A DNA stretch of 64,000 nucleotides, taken from the NCBI GenBank assembly GCA_910584285.1, contig CAJTYK010000002.1, forward strand, positions 2,261-66,260, in the 5' to 3' direction. Of the stretch, positions 1-9,021 are shown piece by piece. Origin of the DNA: an uncultured Oscillospiraceae bacterium. GTDB taxonomy: Bacteria; Bacillota; Clostridia; Oscillospirales; Oscillospiraceae. How positions within the stretch are numbered: the stretch's first letter is position 1; each line of letters opens with the position of its first letter. The notes below the pieces were generated by a model, which saw nothing but the letters and a program-made list of their open reading frames with translations, was not told the DNA's origin and ran no database searches. Position numbers and translations under genes: made by a program.

Positions 1-1
1 C

Positions 2-511
2 GCCCAGGTCACCCGGAACGGCCGGGTGGGGCTCATCGGCACCAAGGCCTCCATCCGCTCCGGGGCCTATGAGCGCACCCTGTCCAAGCTGCGCCCCGGG
101 TTGGAGGTCACCGCCCGGGCCTGCCCCCTGCTGGTGTCCCTGGTGGAAAACGGCCGCTTCTCCCCCGGCGATATCGTGGCGGAGACGGTGGTGGGCGAGT
201 ACCTGGCCCCCATCCGGGCGCGGGGGGTGGACACCCTGATCCTGGGCTGCACCCACTATCCCCTGATGAAGGCGGTGATCGGCGCGTACATGGGCCCGGA
301 CGTCAACCTGGTGGACGTGGGGGAGCAGTGCGCCCGGTGGGTGAAGCGCCAGCTGGAGCTGGACGGCCTGCGAAATGAACGCCCCGGCGCGGGGCGGCGG
401 CGCTATTTTGTCAGTGACAGCGTCCAGGATTTTTCCGACCTGGCCTCCCTCTTTTTAGGGGAGGATATCCACGGCGGTGTGGAGCAGATCGACATTACAA
501 CTTACGAGTGA
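2..511 (+). CDS. murI: glutamate racemase, C-terminal part (5' end outside window)
   Basis: Frame is open from the window edge to TGA at 509-511. Translation contains the second catalytic-Cys block of Asp/Glu racemases (LILGCTHYPL) and is MurI-like over its whole length. Confidence 0.85.
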   Translation, partial: AQVTRNGRVGLIGTKASIRSGAYERTLSKLRPGLEVTARACPLLVSLVENGRFSPGDIVAETVVGEYLAPIRARGVDTLILGCTHYPLMKAVIGAYMGPDVNLVDVGEQCARWVKRQLELDGLRNERPGAGRRRYFVSDSVQDFSDLASLFLGEDIHGGVEQIDITTYE

Positions 512-519
512 GGAAAGCT

Positions 520-960
520 ATGACGGATAATGTGATTATATCCATCCGGGGCCGGCAGCTATACGCCGAGAGCAGCCCCGACGAGGTGGAGCTGGTGACC
601 TCCGGCACCCTGAAGCGGGACGGCGCGGGGGGCTACATCGTGTCCTATGCGGAGACGGAGCTCACCGGGCTGGAGGGCACCACCACCCGGCTCCATGTGG
701 ACGGGGGCCGGGTGACCCTGCTGCGGGAGGGGAATGTGAACTCCCAGATGGTGTTTGAGGAGGGCAGGCGGCATCTGTCCATGTACGAGACGCCCTACGG
801 GGCGCTGTCCATCGGCGTCAACACCCGGCGGATGCGCTCCACCCTGGGGGATGCGGGGGGCGATTTGGAGATCGACTACGCCATTGAGATCGACAACCTC
901 ATCGCGGGGCAAAATCTGTTTCGCATGAACGTGCGGGCCAATCCGCCCCTGCGCCAGTGA
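520..960 (+). CDS. DUF1934-family small protein
   Basis: ORF 508-960. ATG at 520 lies 6 nt after GAGG. The roughly 146-aa sequence pattern (IRGRQ..., ELVTSG, V.LLREG) resembles DUF1934/YwiB-like proteins. Family assignment is from memory. Confidence 0.6.
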   Translation: MTDNVIISIRGRQLYAESSPDEVELVTSGTLKRDGAGGYIVSYAETELTGLEGTTTRLHVDGGRVTLLREGNVNSQMVFEEGRRHLSMYETPYGALSIGVNTRRMRSTLGDAGGDLEIDYAIEIDNLIAGQNLFRMNVRANPPLRQ

Positions 961-984
961 CGGGAATTTTTTCACAATTAGGGG

Positions 985-1013
985 TTGCAATCCCCGCCGG
1001 ATCGTGGTAAACT
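985..1013 (+). promoter_or_regulatory. sigma-A type promoter for the rimP-nusA-infB operon
   Basis: TTGCAA (985-990), 17-nt spacer, TAAACT (1008-1013), upstream of the rimP leader. Confidence 0.5.
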
Positions 1014-1032
1014 ACGGCTATGTAAGGTATGG

Positions 1033-1066
1033 AAGGAGTGAGGCTGGGGCCTCACTCCTTTTGTTG
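1033..1066 (+). terminator. leader hairpin plus U-tract (attenuator) in front of rimP-nusA
   Basis: AAGGAGTGAGGC (1033-1044) pairs with GCCTCACTCCTT (1049-1060) around a TGGG loop. It is followed by TTTTGTTG and sits 22 nt upstream of the rimP ATG. Confidence 0.55.
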
Positions 1067-1087
1067 AGGCAAAGGAGCTGACGCCAG

Positions 1088-1531
1088 ATGCCAAAGGTGA
1101 CGGACGCGGTGGCTGCCCTGGCCCTCCCCATTGTGGAGGGGGCGGGGTGCACCCTGTGGGACGTGGAATATGTGAAGGAGGCCGGGGAGTGGTTCCTCCG
1201 GGTCTACATCGACCGAGAGGGCGGCGTGGACATCGACTGCTGCGAGGCTGTCTCCCGCCCGCTGTCCGACGCGCTGGATGAGGCCGACCCCATCCAGGGC
1301 AGCTACACCTTCGAGGTGTCCTCCGCCGGACTGGATCGGGCGCTGAAGAAGCCCGCCCACTTTGCCGCCTGCCTGGGCAAGCCGGTGGACGTGCGCTTTT
1401 ACCGCCCCGTGGGCGGGCGCAAGGAGCTCACCGGCGCCCTCACCGGCTATGAGGACGGGGCCGTCCTGGTGGACGGGGTACGTTTTGAAAAGAACGACGT
1501 GGCCCAGGTGCGGCTGCACGTCGAGTTTTAA
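1088..1531 (+). CDS. rimP: ribosome maturation factor RimP
   Basis: 147-aa ORF with AAAGGAG upstream. RimP-like sequence (WFLRVYIDREGGV, FEVSSAGLDR) and the conserved position before nusA. Confidence 0.9.
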   Translation: MPKVTDAVAALALPIVEGAGCTLWDVEYVKEAGEWFLRVYIDREGGVDIDCCEAVSRPLSDALDEADPIQGSYTFEVSSAGLDRALKKPAHFAACLGKPVDVRFYRPVGGRKELTGALTGYEDGAVLVDGVRFEKNDVAQVRLHVEF

Positions 1532-1545
1532 GGAGTCGATGGACA

Positions 1546-2706
1546 ATGGCCAGAAAAAAAGTCGCCGCAAAGAACACGGAACTGGACACCAAGGAATTTT
1601 TCTCCGCCATCTCCGACATTGAGCAGGAAAAGGGCATTCCCAAGAGCTATATGCTGGAGAAGATCACCCAGGCGCTGGTGGCCGCCTACAAGCGGGATCA
1701 CGAGGGGATCACGGACAACGTGGTGGTGGACGCCAACGAGGAGTTGGGCACCGTGCGTATGTACGTGAAGAAGGACGTGGTGGAGGAGGTAGACAATCCC
1801 CACACCGAGATCAGCCTGGAGGAGGCCCAGAAGGCCCTGCCCCGGGCCCAGCTGGGGGACGTGCTGCGCATTGAGATCAAGCCCAAAAACTTCGGCCGCA
1901 TCGCCGCCCAGACCGCCCGCCAGGTGATCATCCAGGGGATGCGGGAGGCGGAGCGGGGGATGATCTTCAACGAGTTCTCCTCCAAGGAGCACGAGATTTT
2001 GACGGGCACCGTCACCCGGGTGGACGAGCGCAACGGCTCGGTAGCCATCCGGCTCACCTCCGGCTCCGAGTTCACCGACGCCTTCCTGTCCGCCGGCGAG
2101 CAGGTGAAGGGCGAGGTCATCCACGAGGGCGACCGGGTGCGGGTGTACGTGGTGGAGGTGCGGCAGGCCAGCCGCGGGCCCCAGGTGCTCATCTCCCGCA
2201 CCCACCCCGGCCTGGTGAAGCGGCTGTTTGAGCTGGAGGTGCCCGAGATCTACGACGGCACAGTGCAGGTCATGTCCATCGCCCGGGAGGCGGGCAGCCG
2301 CACCAAGCTGGCCGTGTGGAGCGACGACGAAAATGTGGATCCCATCGGCGCCTGCGTGGGCCCCCGGGGCCAGCGGGTCAACGCCGTGGTGGAGGAGCTG
2401 CGGGGCGAGAAGGTGGACATCATCAAGTGGTCGGAGGATCCCGGCCAGTACGTGGGCGCCGCCCTGGCCCCCGCCGACGTGATCAGCGTCACCGAGCTGG
2501 AGGAGGGCAAGAGCTGCCGGGTGGTGGTGCCCGACGATCAGCTGTCCCTGGCCATCGGCAAGGAGGGGCAGAACGCCCGCCTGGCCGCCCGGCTCACAGG
2601 CTATAAGATCGACATCCGCCCCGCCAGCGCCCCCGAGCCCCCCGAGGAGACACCGGAGGCCACCCCGGAAACGGGCGAGGACGAGATCGAGGCAACAGAG
2701 GAATAA
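1546..2706 (+). CDS. nusA: transcription termination/antitermination factor NusA
   Basis: 386-aa ORF with an S1 domain and two KH domains ([43 protein letters not shown]). Confidence 0.95.
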   Translation: MARKKVAAKNTELDTKEFFSAISDIEQEKGIPKSYMLEKITQALVAAYKRDHEGITDNVVVDANEELGTVRMYVKKDVVEEVDNPHTEISLEEAQKALPRAQLGDVLRIEIKPKNFGRIAAQTARQVIIQGMREAERGMIFNEFSSKEHEILTGTVTRVDERNGSVAIRLTSGSEFTDAFLSAGEQVKGEVIHEGDRVRVYVVEVRQASRGPQVLISRTHPGLVKRLFELEVPEIYDGTVQVMSIAREAGSRTKLAVWSDDENVDPIGACVGPRGQRVNAVVEELRGEKVDIIKWSEDPGQYVGAALAPADVISVTELEEGKSCRVVVPDDQLSLAIGKEGQNARLAARLTGYKIDIRPASAPEPPEETPEATPETGEDEIEATEE

Positions 2707-2710
2707 CACC

Positions 2711-2736
2711 TGTAGGGGCGCACAATGTGCGCTACA
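2711..2736. repeat. palindromic intergenic hairpin, TGTAGGGGCG-type
   Basis: TGTA..GCGCAC (2711-2723) pairs with GTGCGC..TACA (2727-2736). It shares the 10-mer TGTAGGGGCG with the element at 8936. Confidence 0.5.
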
Positions 2737-2761
2737 CGCCAAAACGAAGGGGGAGAACACC

Positions 2762-3037
2762 ATGCCCAAGAAAATACCCATGCGCCAATGCCTTGGCTGC
2801 CGGGAGATGAAGCCCAAGCCGGAGCTGATCCGGGTGGTGCGCTCCCCCGAGGGGGAGCTGTCCCTGGACTTCCGGGGGAAGAAGCCGGGCCGGGGGGCCT
2901 ATCTGTGCCCCGATCCCGCCTGCCTGGCCCGGGCGAAAAAGAGCCGCGCCATCGAGCGGGCCCTGTCCGCCCCCATGCCCCCCGAGGTGTGGGAGGGCCT
3001 GGAGGCCCAGATGAAGGCGGGTGACGGCGGTGACTGA
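2762..3037 (+). CDS. ylxR: YlxR/RnpM family (DUF448) RNA-binding protein
   Basis: 91 aa. N-terminal [15 protein letters not shown] motif and the conserved position after nusA. Confidence 0.85.
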   Translation: MPKKIPMRQCLGCREMKPKPELIRVVRSPEGELSLDFRGKKPGRGAYLCPDPACLARAKKSRAIERALSAPMPPEVWEGLEAQMKAGDGGD

Positions 3038-3419
3038 CAGCGCCCTATCCCTGCTGGGTCTGGCCCTGCGGGGGAACAACCTGGCCGTGGGCGAGGAGCC
3101 GGTGGCGGAGGCCTGCAGGACGGGCCGGGCCAAGCTGGTGCTCACCGCCGCCGACGCGGCCCCCAACAGCGTGGAGCGGGCCCAACGCTGGGCCCAGGCC
3201 GGGGCCGTCCCGTGGATCCCGGCCCCCTGGACGAAGGAGGAGCTGGGCGGGGCCCTGGGGCGGTCAGTATGCGCCATGGCGGCCCTCACCGACCGGGGGC
3301 TGGCCGCCGCGCTGGCGGCCAAGCTGGCCCTGCGGGACGAAGCCCTGCGCCCCATCGCGTCCCTGCTGGAGGAAAAGAAGAAGCCGCGGGCCCAAAAGCC
3401 CGCTGTCCGTGAGATTTAG
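3021..3419 (+). CDS. ylxQ: L7Ae/YlxQ-family ribosomal-protein-like RNA-binding protein
   Basis: 132-aa ORF overlapping ylxR by 17 nt. [16 protein letters not shown] and [12 protein letters not shown] motifs, in the conserved nusA-ylxR-ylxQ-infB context. Confidence 0.75.
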   Translation: MTAVTDSALSLLGLALRGNNLAVGEEPVAEACRTGRAKLVLTAADAAPNSVERAQRWAQAGAVPWIPAPWTKEELGGALGRSVCAMAALTDRGLAAALAAKLALRDEALRPIASLLEEKKKPRAQKPAVREI

Positions 3420-3431
3420 GAGGTGGCCTGT

Positions 3432-5768
3432 TTGAGCCTTGCGAAACTGAACGCCCGGGATGTGGCCAAGGACTTTGGGATGCAAGCCAAAGCCATTACC
3501 GCTATCCTGGCCGAATACACCAAAGAGACGGTATCCCCCACCAAGATCCTGACGGATCGGGAGCTGTCCATCATCTTTGAGCACCTGACCCAGCACAACC
3601 AGGTGGACTCCATCGAGTCCATCTATGCCGACGTGTACCAGGAGCCTACCAAGGCGGAGCCCAAGAGCGCCCCCAAAAAGGACGGCAAAGCCGCCCCGTC
3701 CCCCGCCCAGGAGAAGGGCGCCCCGGACAAGGCCCCCCAGAAGGAGCAGGCCAAGCCCGCCGCCCCCGCTAAGCCCGTGGGCCGCGCCCCGGAGAAGAAG
3801 GTGGTGGACACTCGGAAGGGCGGCGGCCCCAACCTGGAGAAGTACGATCAGCACCTGGAGGATCTGGCCCCCGACAAGGCCAACCGGATGCAGACCGGCA
3901 AGCAGAAGTTCCAGAACCGGGGGGGCAAGAACCGGGGCCAGAGCTTCGGCAACAAGCGCAAGCAGGAGGAGCAGGATCGGATGCGCCGCCTCCAGCTGGA
4001 GATCGCCAAAAAGACCCCCCTCACCGTGAAGATCCCCGACGAGATCGGCGTGGGCGAGCTGGCCTCCCGGATGAAAAAGACCGGGGCGGAGGTGGTCAAG
4101 TGCTTGATCCGCAACGGCGTGATGGCCTCCCTGTCCGATATCATCGACTACGACACCGCGGCCCTGGTGGCCATGGAGCTGGGCTGCAAAGTCGAGAAGG
4201 AAGTCATCGTCACCATTGAGGAGCGGCTCATCGACACTGCCGAAGACAAGGAGGAGGATCTGGTCCCCCGGGCCCCGGTGGTGGTGGTCATGGGCCACGT
4301 GGATCACGGCAAGACCTCCCTGCTGGATCACATCCGCAACGCCAATGTGGTGTCCGGCGAGGCGGGCGGCATTACCCAGCACATCGGCGCATACCAGGTG
4401 ATGGTCAACGGCAAGCCCATCACCTTCCTGGACACGCCGGGCCACGAGGCGTTCACCGCCATGCGGGCCCGGGGCGCCATGGTCACTGATATCGCCATTC
4501 TGGTGGTGGCGGCGGACGACGGCATCATGCCCCAGACCGTGGAGTCCATCAACCACGCCAAGGCCGCCGAGATCCCCATCATCGTGGCCATCAACAAGAT
4601 GGATAAGCCGGAGGCCAACCCGGAGCGGATCAAGCAGCAGCTCACCGAGTACGAGCTGGTGCCCGAGGAGTGGGGCGGCGAAACCATCATCTGCCCCATC
4701 TCCGCCAAGACGGGCATGGGCATCGACAACCTGCTGGAGATGGTCACCCTCACCGCCGAGATGCGGGAGCTGAAGGCCAACCCCAACCGCACCGCCCACG
4801 GCGCGGTCATCGAGGCCCGGCTGGACAAGGGCCGGGGCCCGGTGGCCACCCTGCTGGTGCAGAACGGCACCCTGCGGCAGGGCGACGTGATCATCGCCGG
4901 CATGGCGGTGGGCCGCGTCCGGGCCATGACGGACTACAGGGGCAACAAGGTCACCGAGGCGGGCCCCTCTGTGCCGGTGGAGATCATCGGCATGGGCGAG
5001 GTGCCCGGGGCTGGGGACGACTTCCACGCCGTGGCCGACGAGCGGATGGCCCGGGAGCTGGTGGAGCAGCGCAAGGCGGAGATGAAGAACGCCACCACCG
5101 GCGCGGCCAAGCAGAAGGTGTCGCTGGAGGAGCTGTTCAGCCAGATCCAGGCGGGCGAGATGAAGGATCTGAACATCATCGTCAAGGCGGACGTGCAGGG
5201 CTCCGCCGAGGCGGTCAAGGCCAGCCTGGAGAAGATCTCCAACGAGGAGGTGCGCGTCCGGGTGATCCACTGCGCCGTGGGCGCCATCAACGAGTCTGAC
5301 GTGATGCTGGCCACCACCTCTAATGCCATTATCGTGGGCTTCAATGTCCGTCCGGACAAAAACGCCGCCGATTCCGCCGCCCGGAACAAGGTGGATATGC
5401 GGATGTATCGGGTGATCTACGACTGCATCAACGAGATCGAGGCCGCCATGAAGGGGATGCTGGCCCCCAAGTTCAAGGAGGTGGCCCTGGGCGAGGCCGA
5501 GGTGCGCCAGGTGTACAAGATCACCGGCGTGGGCTTTGTGGCCGGGTGCTACGTCACCGAGGGCAAGGTAGCCCGGAATGCCCAGATCCGGCTGGTGCGG
5601 GACGGCATCGTGATTCACGAGGGCGTGATGAACTCCCTCCAGCGCTTCAAGGACAGCGTGAAGGAGGTCGCCCGGGGCTACGAGTGCGGCATCGGCATCG
5701 AGAAGTACAGCGACATCAAGGAGGGCGACATCATCGAGGCCTTCGTGATGGAGCAGATAGAGGTATAG
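3432..5768 (+). CDS. infB: translation initiation factor IF-2
   Basis: GTPase motifs [29 protein letters not shown] at 3418-3423 favours TTG 3432 as the start. The ORF track begins at GTG 3423. Confidence 0.95.
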   Translation: MSLAKLNARDVAKDFGMQAKAITAILAEYTKETVSPTKILTDRELSIIFEHLTQHNQVDSIESIYADVYQEPTKAEPKSAPKKDGKAAPSPAQEKGAPDKAPQKEQAKPAAPAKPVGRAPEKKVVDTRKGGGPNLEKYDQHLEDLAPDKANRMQTGKQKFQNRGGKNRGQSFGNKRKQEEQDRMRRLQLEIAKKTPLTVKIPDEIGVGELASRMKKTGAEVVKCLIRNGVMASLSDIIDYDTAALVAMELGCKVEKEVIVTIEERLIDTAEDKEEDLVPRAPVVVVMGHVDHGKTSLLDHIRNANVVSGEAGGITQHIGAYQVMVNGKPITFLDTPGHEAFTAMRARGAMVTDIAILVVAADDGIMPQTVESINHAKAAEIPIIVAINKMDKPEANPERIKQQLTEYELVPEEWGGETIICPISAKTGMGIDNLLEMVTLTAEMRELKANPNRTAHGAVIEARLDKGRGPVATLLVQNGTLRQGDVIIAGMAVGRVRAMTDYRGNKVTEAGPSVPVEIIGMGEVPGAGDDFHAVADERMARELVEQRKAEMKNATTGAAKQKVSLEELFSQIQAGEMKDLNIIVKADVQGSAEAVKASLEKISNEEVRVRVIHCAVGAINESDVMLATTSNAIIVGFNVRPDKNAADSAARNKVDMRMYRVIYDCINEIEAAMKGMLAPKFKEVALGEAEVRQVYKITGVGFVAGCYVTEGKVARNAQIRLVRDGIVIHEGVMNSLQRFKDSVKEVARGYECGIGIEKYSDIKEGDIIEAFVMEQIEV

Positions 5769-5800
5769 GCTGAGTGTGGGTGAAGAAAGGAGCGCAGAAC

Positions 5801-5953
5801 ATGGGAACTGAAGCTGAGCGGCAGGACACCAGAAAAGCCATGGCGTATGATTTGTTCGACATCCTTGACGAGAAGCCGGAGCAGGAGAGCTACACCGTGG
5901 ACGAGATCAAAAAACTGATCCGGATTTACCTCAAAACAGCAGAACAAAAGTAA
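5801..5953 (+). CDS. hypothetical 50-aa acidic protein
   Basis: ATG 5801 lies 8 nt after GAAAGGAG. 51 codons end at TAA 5951-5953, immediately followed by a GC hairpin. Not in the ORF track because it is under 60 aa. Confidence 0.4.
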   Translation: MGTEAERQDTRKAMAYDLFDILDEKPEQESYTVDEIKKLIRIYLKTAEQK

Positions 5954-5962
5954 AACAGGCTT

Positions 5963-5998
5963 GGGGCGGGCGGGTTCGCCCGCCCCGCATCGCTTTTT
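5963..5998 (+). terminator. intrinsic terminator-like hairpin inside the infB-rbfA interval
   Basis: GGGGCGGGCG (5963-5972) pairs with CGCCCGCCCC (5977-5986) around a 4-nt loop. A T5 run follows at 5994-5998. Confidence 0.55.
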
Positions 5999-6013
5999 AT
6001 GGAGGACAGCGCT

Positions 6014-6286
6014 ATGATGTATCCCTTTATGACCTTGGATGACGGTACCGAGATTGTCCACTCTGAAATGAAAGAGGACGGCCAGGTCAAGGTATATCTG
6101 GAACGGCCGGACGAAAAGGACTGCTTCCATCATGCCGTCTGCTGGCTTCCCGGCTACGTCTGGGAGGATATCTCCGGCTTTTCTGAGGAGGATGTGGCCC
6201 GCTTTCAGAAGATCATCCAGTCCACAGCCCATTTGATCCTGCAATTCTCCCAGGAGGGGGGCTTTGACAGTGCCGCAAGTTTTTAA
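6014..6286 (+). CDS. hypothetical 90-aa protein (partner of the DUF4160 gene)
   Basis: GGAGGA at 6001-6006 lies 7 nt before ATG 6014. The ORF track starts at 5999. No family recognised. Confidence 0.55.
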   Translation: MMYPFMTLDDGTEIVHSEMKEDGQVKVYLERPDEKDCFHHAVCWLPGYVWEDISGFSEEDVARFQKIIQSTAHLILQFSQEGGFDSAASF

Positions 6287-6548
6287 GATCGGTTCTTACT
6301 GGGTCTATTTCTGGTCTAACGAAAACGATCCTCTGGAACCGGTGCACGTCCATGTCTGCCAGGGGGCTCCCACCGCCGGGGCCACAAAGGTTTGGATCAC
6401 CCGGGCTGGGAAATGCTATTTGTGTCACAACAATGGAAAGATCCCGGAGCGGACGCTCCGGAACATCATCAAAATTCTTGAGGCCAGAAGCGAGGAAATC
6501 ATTGAAAAGTGGATAGCCTATTTTGGTGAGATCAACTATTTCTGCTGA
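6264..6548 (+). CDS. DUF4160 domain protein
   Basis: TTG 6264 lies 6 nt after AGGAGG. The N-terminus (FKIGSYWVYFWSNENDPLEPVHVHV) matches the DUF4160 pattern as I remember it. It overlaps the upstream ORF by 23 nt. Confidence 0.7.
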   Translation: MTVPQVFKIGSYWVYFWSNENDPLEPVHVHVCQGAPTAGATKVWITRAGKCYLCHNNGKIPERTLRNIIKILEARSEEIIEKWIAYFGEINYFC

Positions 6549-6579
6549 TGCTTTGATTACGATGCAAAGGAGAAACGCT

Positions 6580-6975
6580 ATGGCAGGCAACCGAATCGGC
6601 CGCGTCAACGAGGAGATCCAGCGGGAGCTGGCCGCCCTCATCCCCACGGTGAAGGATCCCCGGGTGGCGGAGGCGGGCATGGTGAGCGTCACCGCCGTGG
6701 ACACCACCCCCGATCTGAAATACGCCAAAATCTACGTCAGCGCCCTGAACAAGGACAGCAGCGCCCAGCTTTTGAAGGGCCTCAAATCCGCCGCTGGCTA
6801 CCTGCGCCGGGAGCTGGGCCGGGCGCTCAACCTGCGCAACACCCCGGAGCTGTCCTTTGTCCGGGACGACTCCATCGACAAGGGGGCCCACATCCTGGAT
6901 CTGCTGCGCAACCCGGACGTGGTGAAGCCCCCCAACCCCGCCAATGAGCACATCATTCTGGACGAGGAGGTTTAA
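6580..6975 (+). CDS. rbfA: ribosome-binding factor A
   Basis: ATG 6580 follows AAAGGAG. MAGNRIGRVNEEIQRELA and VTAVDTTPDLKYAKIYVS are RbfA-like. The ORF-track start at 6523 is an upstream extension. Confidence 0.9.
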   Translation: MAGNRIGRVNEEIQRELAALIPTVKDPRVAEAGMVSVTAVDTTPDLKYAKIYVSALNKDSSAQLLKGLKSAAGYLRRELGRALNLRNTPELSFVRDDSIDKGAHILDLLRNPDVVKPPNPANEHIILDEEV

Positions 6976-6981
6976 CAACCC

Positions 6982-7941
6982 ATGGATTACCGGGAAGCGG
7001 CGGCGTTTCTGCGCGCCCATGACAACTATCTGATCCTAACCCACAAGCGGCCCGACGGAGACACCATCGGCTGTGCCGCGGGGCTGTGCCGCACCCTGCG
7101 GGAGCTGGGCAAAACGGCCTATGTGCTGCCAAACGAGGATGTCATTCCCCTGCTGGAGAGCTACCTGGACGGCCTCACCGCCCCGGACGGCTTTGCCCCG
7201 GACACGGTGGTGAGCACCGACGTGGCCACGGAGAACCTGCTGCCGGACAGTGCCGCCGGGTACAAGGGCCGGATCGACCTTGCCATTGACCACCACCCCT
7301 CCCAGGAGTTTTTCGCCAGGGAGACCTGTCTGGAGGCGGACAAGGCCGCCTGCGGTGAGATCATCTGGAAGATCTGCGGCGAGCTGGGGGTGATGGACGG
7401 GGAGATCGCCACGCCGCTGTATGTGGCCATCGCCACCGATTGCGGCTGCTTCGTCTACGCCAACACCACCCCACACACCCACCGGGCGGCGGCGGCGCTG
7501 ATGGAGCAGGGCATCCCCGTCCAGGCGCTGAACAAGCGGCATTTCCGCACCAAGTCGCTGGCCCGAATGAAGTTGGAGAGCCTGATCCTCCAGAATATGC
7601 ACCTGTATCATGACGGCACGGTGGCAGTGGCCCCCATCTCTCTGGAGCTGATAGCTCAGGCCGGCGCCACCAGTGAGGACACGGACGACATCGCCGCCTT
7701 CCTGGGCCAGCTCAAGGGTGTGCTCCACACCGCCACCATCCGGGAGCACGAGGGGGGCGAGTGCCGCGTCTCCGTGCGCACCAAGGCGGACGAGCTCAAC
7801 GCCACCCGGGTCTGCGCCCGGCTGGGCGGGGGAGGGCATAAGGCCGCCTCCGGCTGCACCGTGAAGGGGACGGTGGACGAGGCGGAGCGGGCTATTCTGG
7901 CCGCCATCGACGAACAGCTGAGCGAGCCCAACCAGGATTGA
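6982..7941 (+). CDS. nrnA: DHH/DHHA1 phosphoesterase (NrnA-type oligoribonuclease/pAp phosphatase)
   Basis: Motifs LTHKRPDGDTIGC, DHH (AIDHHP) and GGGH (LGGGGHKAASG), in the conserved position between rbfA and truB. Confidence 0.8.
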   Translation: MDYREAAAFLRAHDNYLILTHKRPDGDTIGCAAGLCRTLRELGKTAYVLPNEDVIPLLESYLDGLTAPDGFAPDTVVSTDVATENLLPDSAAGYKGRIDLAIDHHPSQEFFARETCLEADKAACGEIIWKICGELGVMDGEIATPLYVAIATDCGCFVYANTTPHTHRAAAALMEQGIPVQALNKRHFRTKSLARMKLESLILQNMHLYHDGTVAVAPISLELIAQAGATSEDTDDIAAFLGQLKGVLHTATIREHEGGECRVSVRTKADELNATRVCARLGGGGHKAASGCTVKGTVDEAERAILAAIDEQLSEPNQD

Positions 7942-7954
7942 TAAGGTCAAGGGC

Positions 7955-7986
7955 CTTCTTCTTTTTCTCGAGAGAAAAAGAAGAAG
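7955..7986. terminator. perfect 15-bp palindrome after nrnA (possible terminator)
   Basis: CTTCTTCTTTTTCTC (7955-7969) pairs with GAGAAAAAGAAGAAG (7972-7986). Confidence 0.4.
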
Positions 7987-8052
7987 CAAGAAAAAGAGCT
8001 TGATGCTGGCCGCTGATGGGACAGTTTCCTTGCTGGGAGAGAGGTTCTGCCT

Positions 8053-8940
8053 ATGCCAAATGGAATTATTGTGATTGATAAGCCTGCCGGGTGGACCTCC
8101 ATGGACGTGTGCGCCAAGCTGCGGGGGATGTTTCACGAGAAGCGGGTGGGCCACGGGGGCACGCTGGATCCCATGGCCACCGGGGTGCTGCCGGTGTTTC
8201 TGGGCCGAGCCACCCGAGCGGTGGAGTTTGCCGCTGATTCCGATAAGGAGTACATCGCGGGGTTAAAGCTGGGAGTTGTCACAGACACTCAGGATACCAC
8301 CGGGGAGGTGCTGGAGGAACGGCCCGTGGACGTGACCCGGGACCAGCTCCTGGCGGCGCTGGCCCGGTTCACTGGGGACATCCAGCAGCTCCCGCCCATG
8401 TACTCCGCCATCAAGATAGGCGGCAAAAAGCTGTATGAGCTGGCCCGGAAGGGCAAAGAGGTGGAGCGCAAGCCCCGGCCCGTCACCATTCACGCCCTGG
8501 ACGTGCTGGACGAGGCGCCGCCCGAGGGGGCGGACTGGCTGGTGCGGGTGGCGTGTTCTAAGGGCACCTACGTGCGCACCCTCTGCCACGACATTGGACA
8601 GGCCCTGGGCTGCGGGGCGTGCATGGCCTCCCTGCGGCGGGTCAAGGCGGCGGGCTTTACGCTAAAGAACGCTGTGACGCTAAAAGCGGTGCAGGAGGCA
8701 GTGGATCGGGGGGAGGGGGACTCCCTCCTGCTGCCTGTGGACGCCTATTTTGCCGGCGTGCCCATGCTGGTGCTGAAAACCGACCGGGCGGAGAAGAAAA
8801 TCCGCAACGGCGCGGCGCTAAACGCCCGTGATCTCCCGGACGGGGCATACCGGGTGTACAGCATGGACAAGACCTTTCTGGCCCTTGGACAAGTAGTGGG
8901 CGGGACCCTCACTACCGTCAAGAGCTTTTTCGAGGTGTAG
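8053..8940 (+). CDS. truB: tRNA pseudouridine(55) synthase
   Basis: 295 aa. GIIVIDKPAGWTS and HGGTLDPMATGVL motifs. Confidence 0.95.
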   Translation: MPNGIIVIDKPAGWTSMDVCAKLRGMFHEKRVGHGGTLDPMATGVLPVFLGRATRAVEFAADSDKEYIAGLKLGVVTDTQDTTGEVLEERPVDVTRDQLLAALARFTGDIQQLPPMYSAIKIGGKKLYELARKGKEVERKPRPVTIHALDVLDEAPPEGADWLVRVACSKGTYVRTLCHDIGQALGCGACMASLRRVKAAGFTLKNAVTLKAVQEAVDRGEGDSLLLPVDAYFAGVPMLVLKTDRAEKKIRNGAALNARDLPDGAYRVYSMDKTFLALGQVVGGTLTTVKSFFEV

Positions 8941-9006
8941 GGGCGGATATGAGCCGCCCGCATAAACGAGAGCGAAACCGACGGGCGGATGATATCCGCC
9001 CCTACA
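8936..9006. repeat. 71-nt REP/MITE-like long hairpin overlapping the truB stop codon
   Basis: TGTAGGGGCGGATAT (8936-8950) pairs perfectly with ATATCCGCCCCTACA (8992-9006). An inner CCGCCCG/CGGGCGG pairing extends the stem. GAGGTGTA occurs on both sides (8932-8939 and 9007-9014). Confidence 0.6.
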
Positions 9007-9021
9007 GAGGTGTAATCACCG

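Noticed and set aside
3264-5618. 784-aa minus-strand ORF opposite infB. Similar long antisense ORFs occur at 1528-2817, 20761-22341, 25396-26916, 40557-42389, 53152-54336 and elsewhere.
   Set aside because: The reasoning is the same. Each lies opposite a confidently identified gene, has no SD or start context, and has a repetitive composition.
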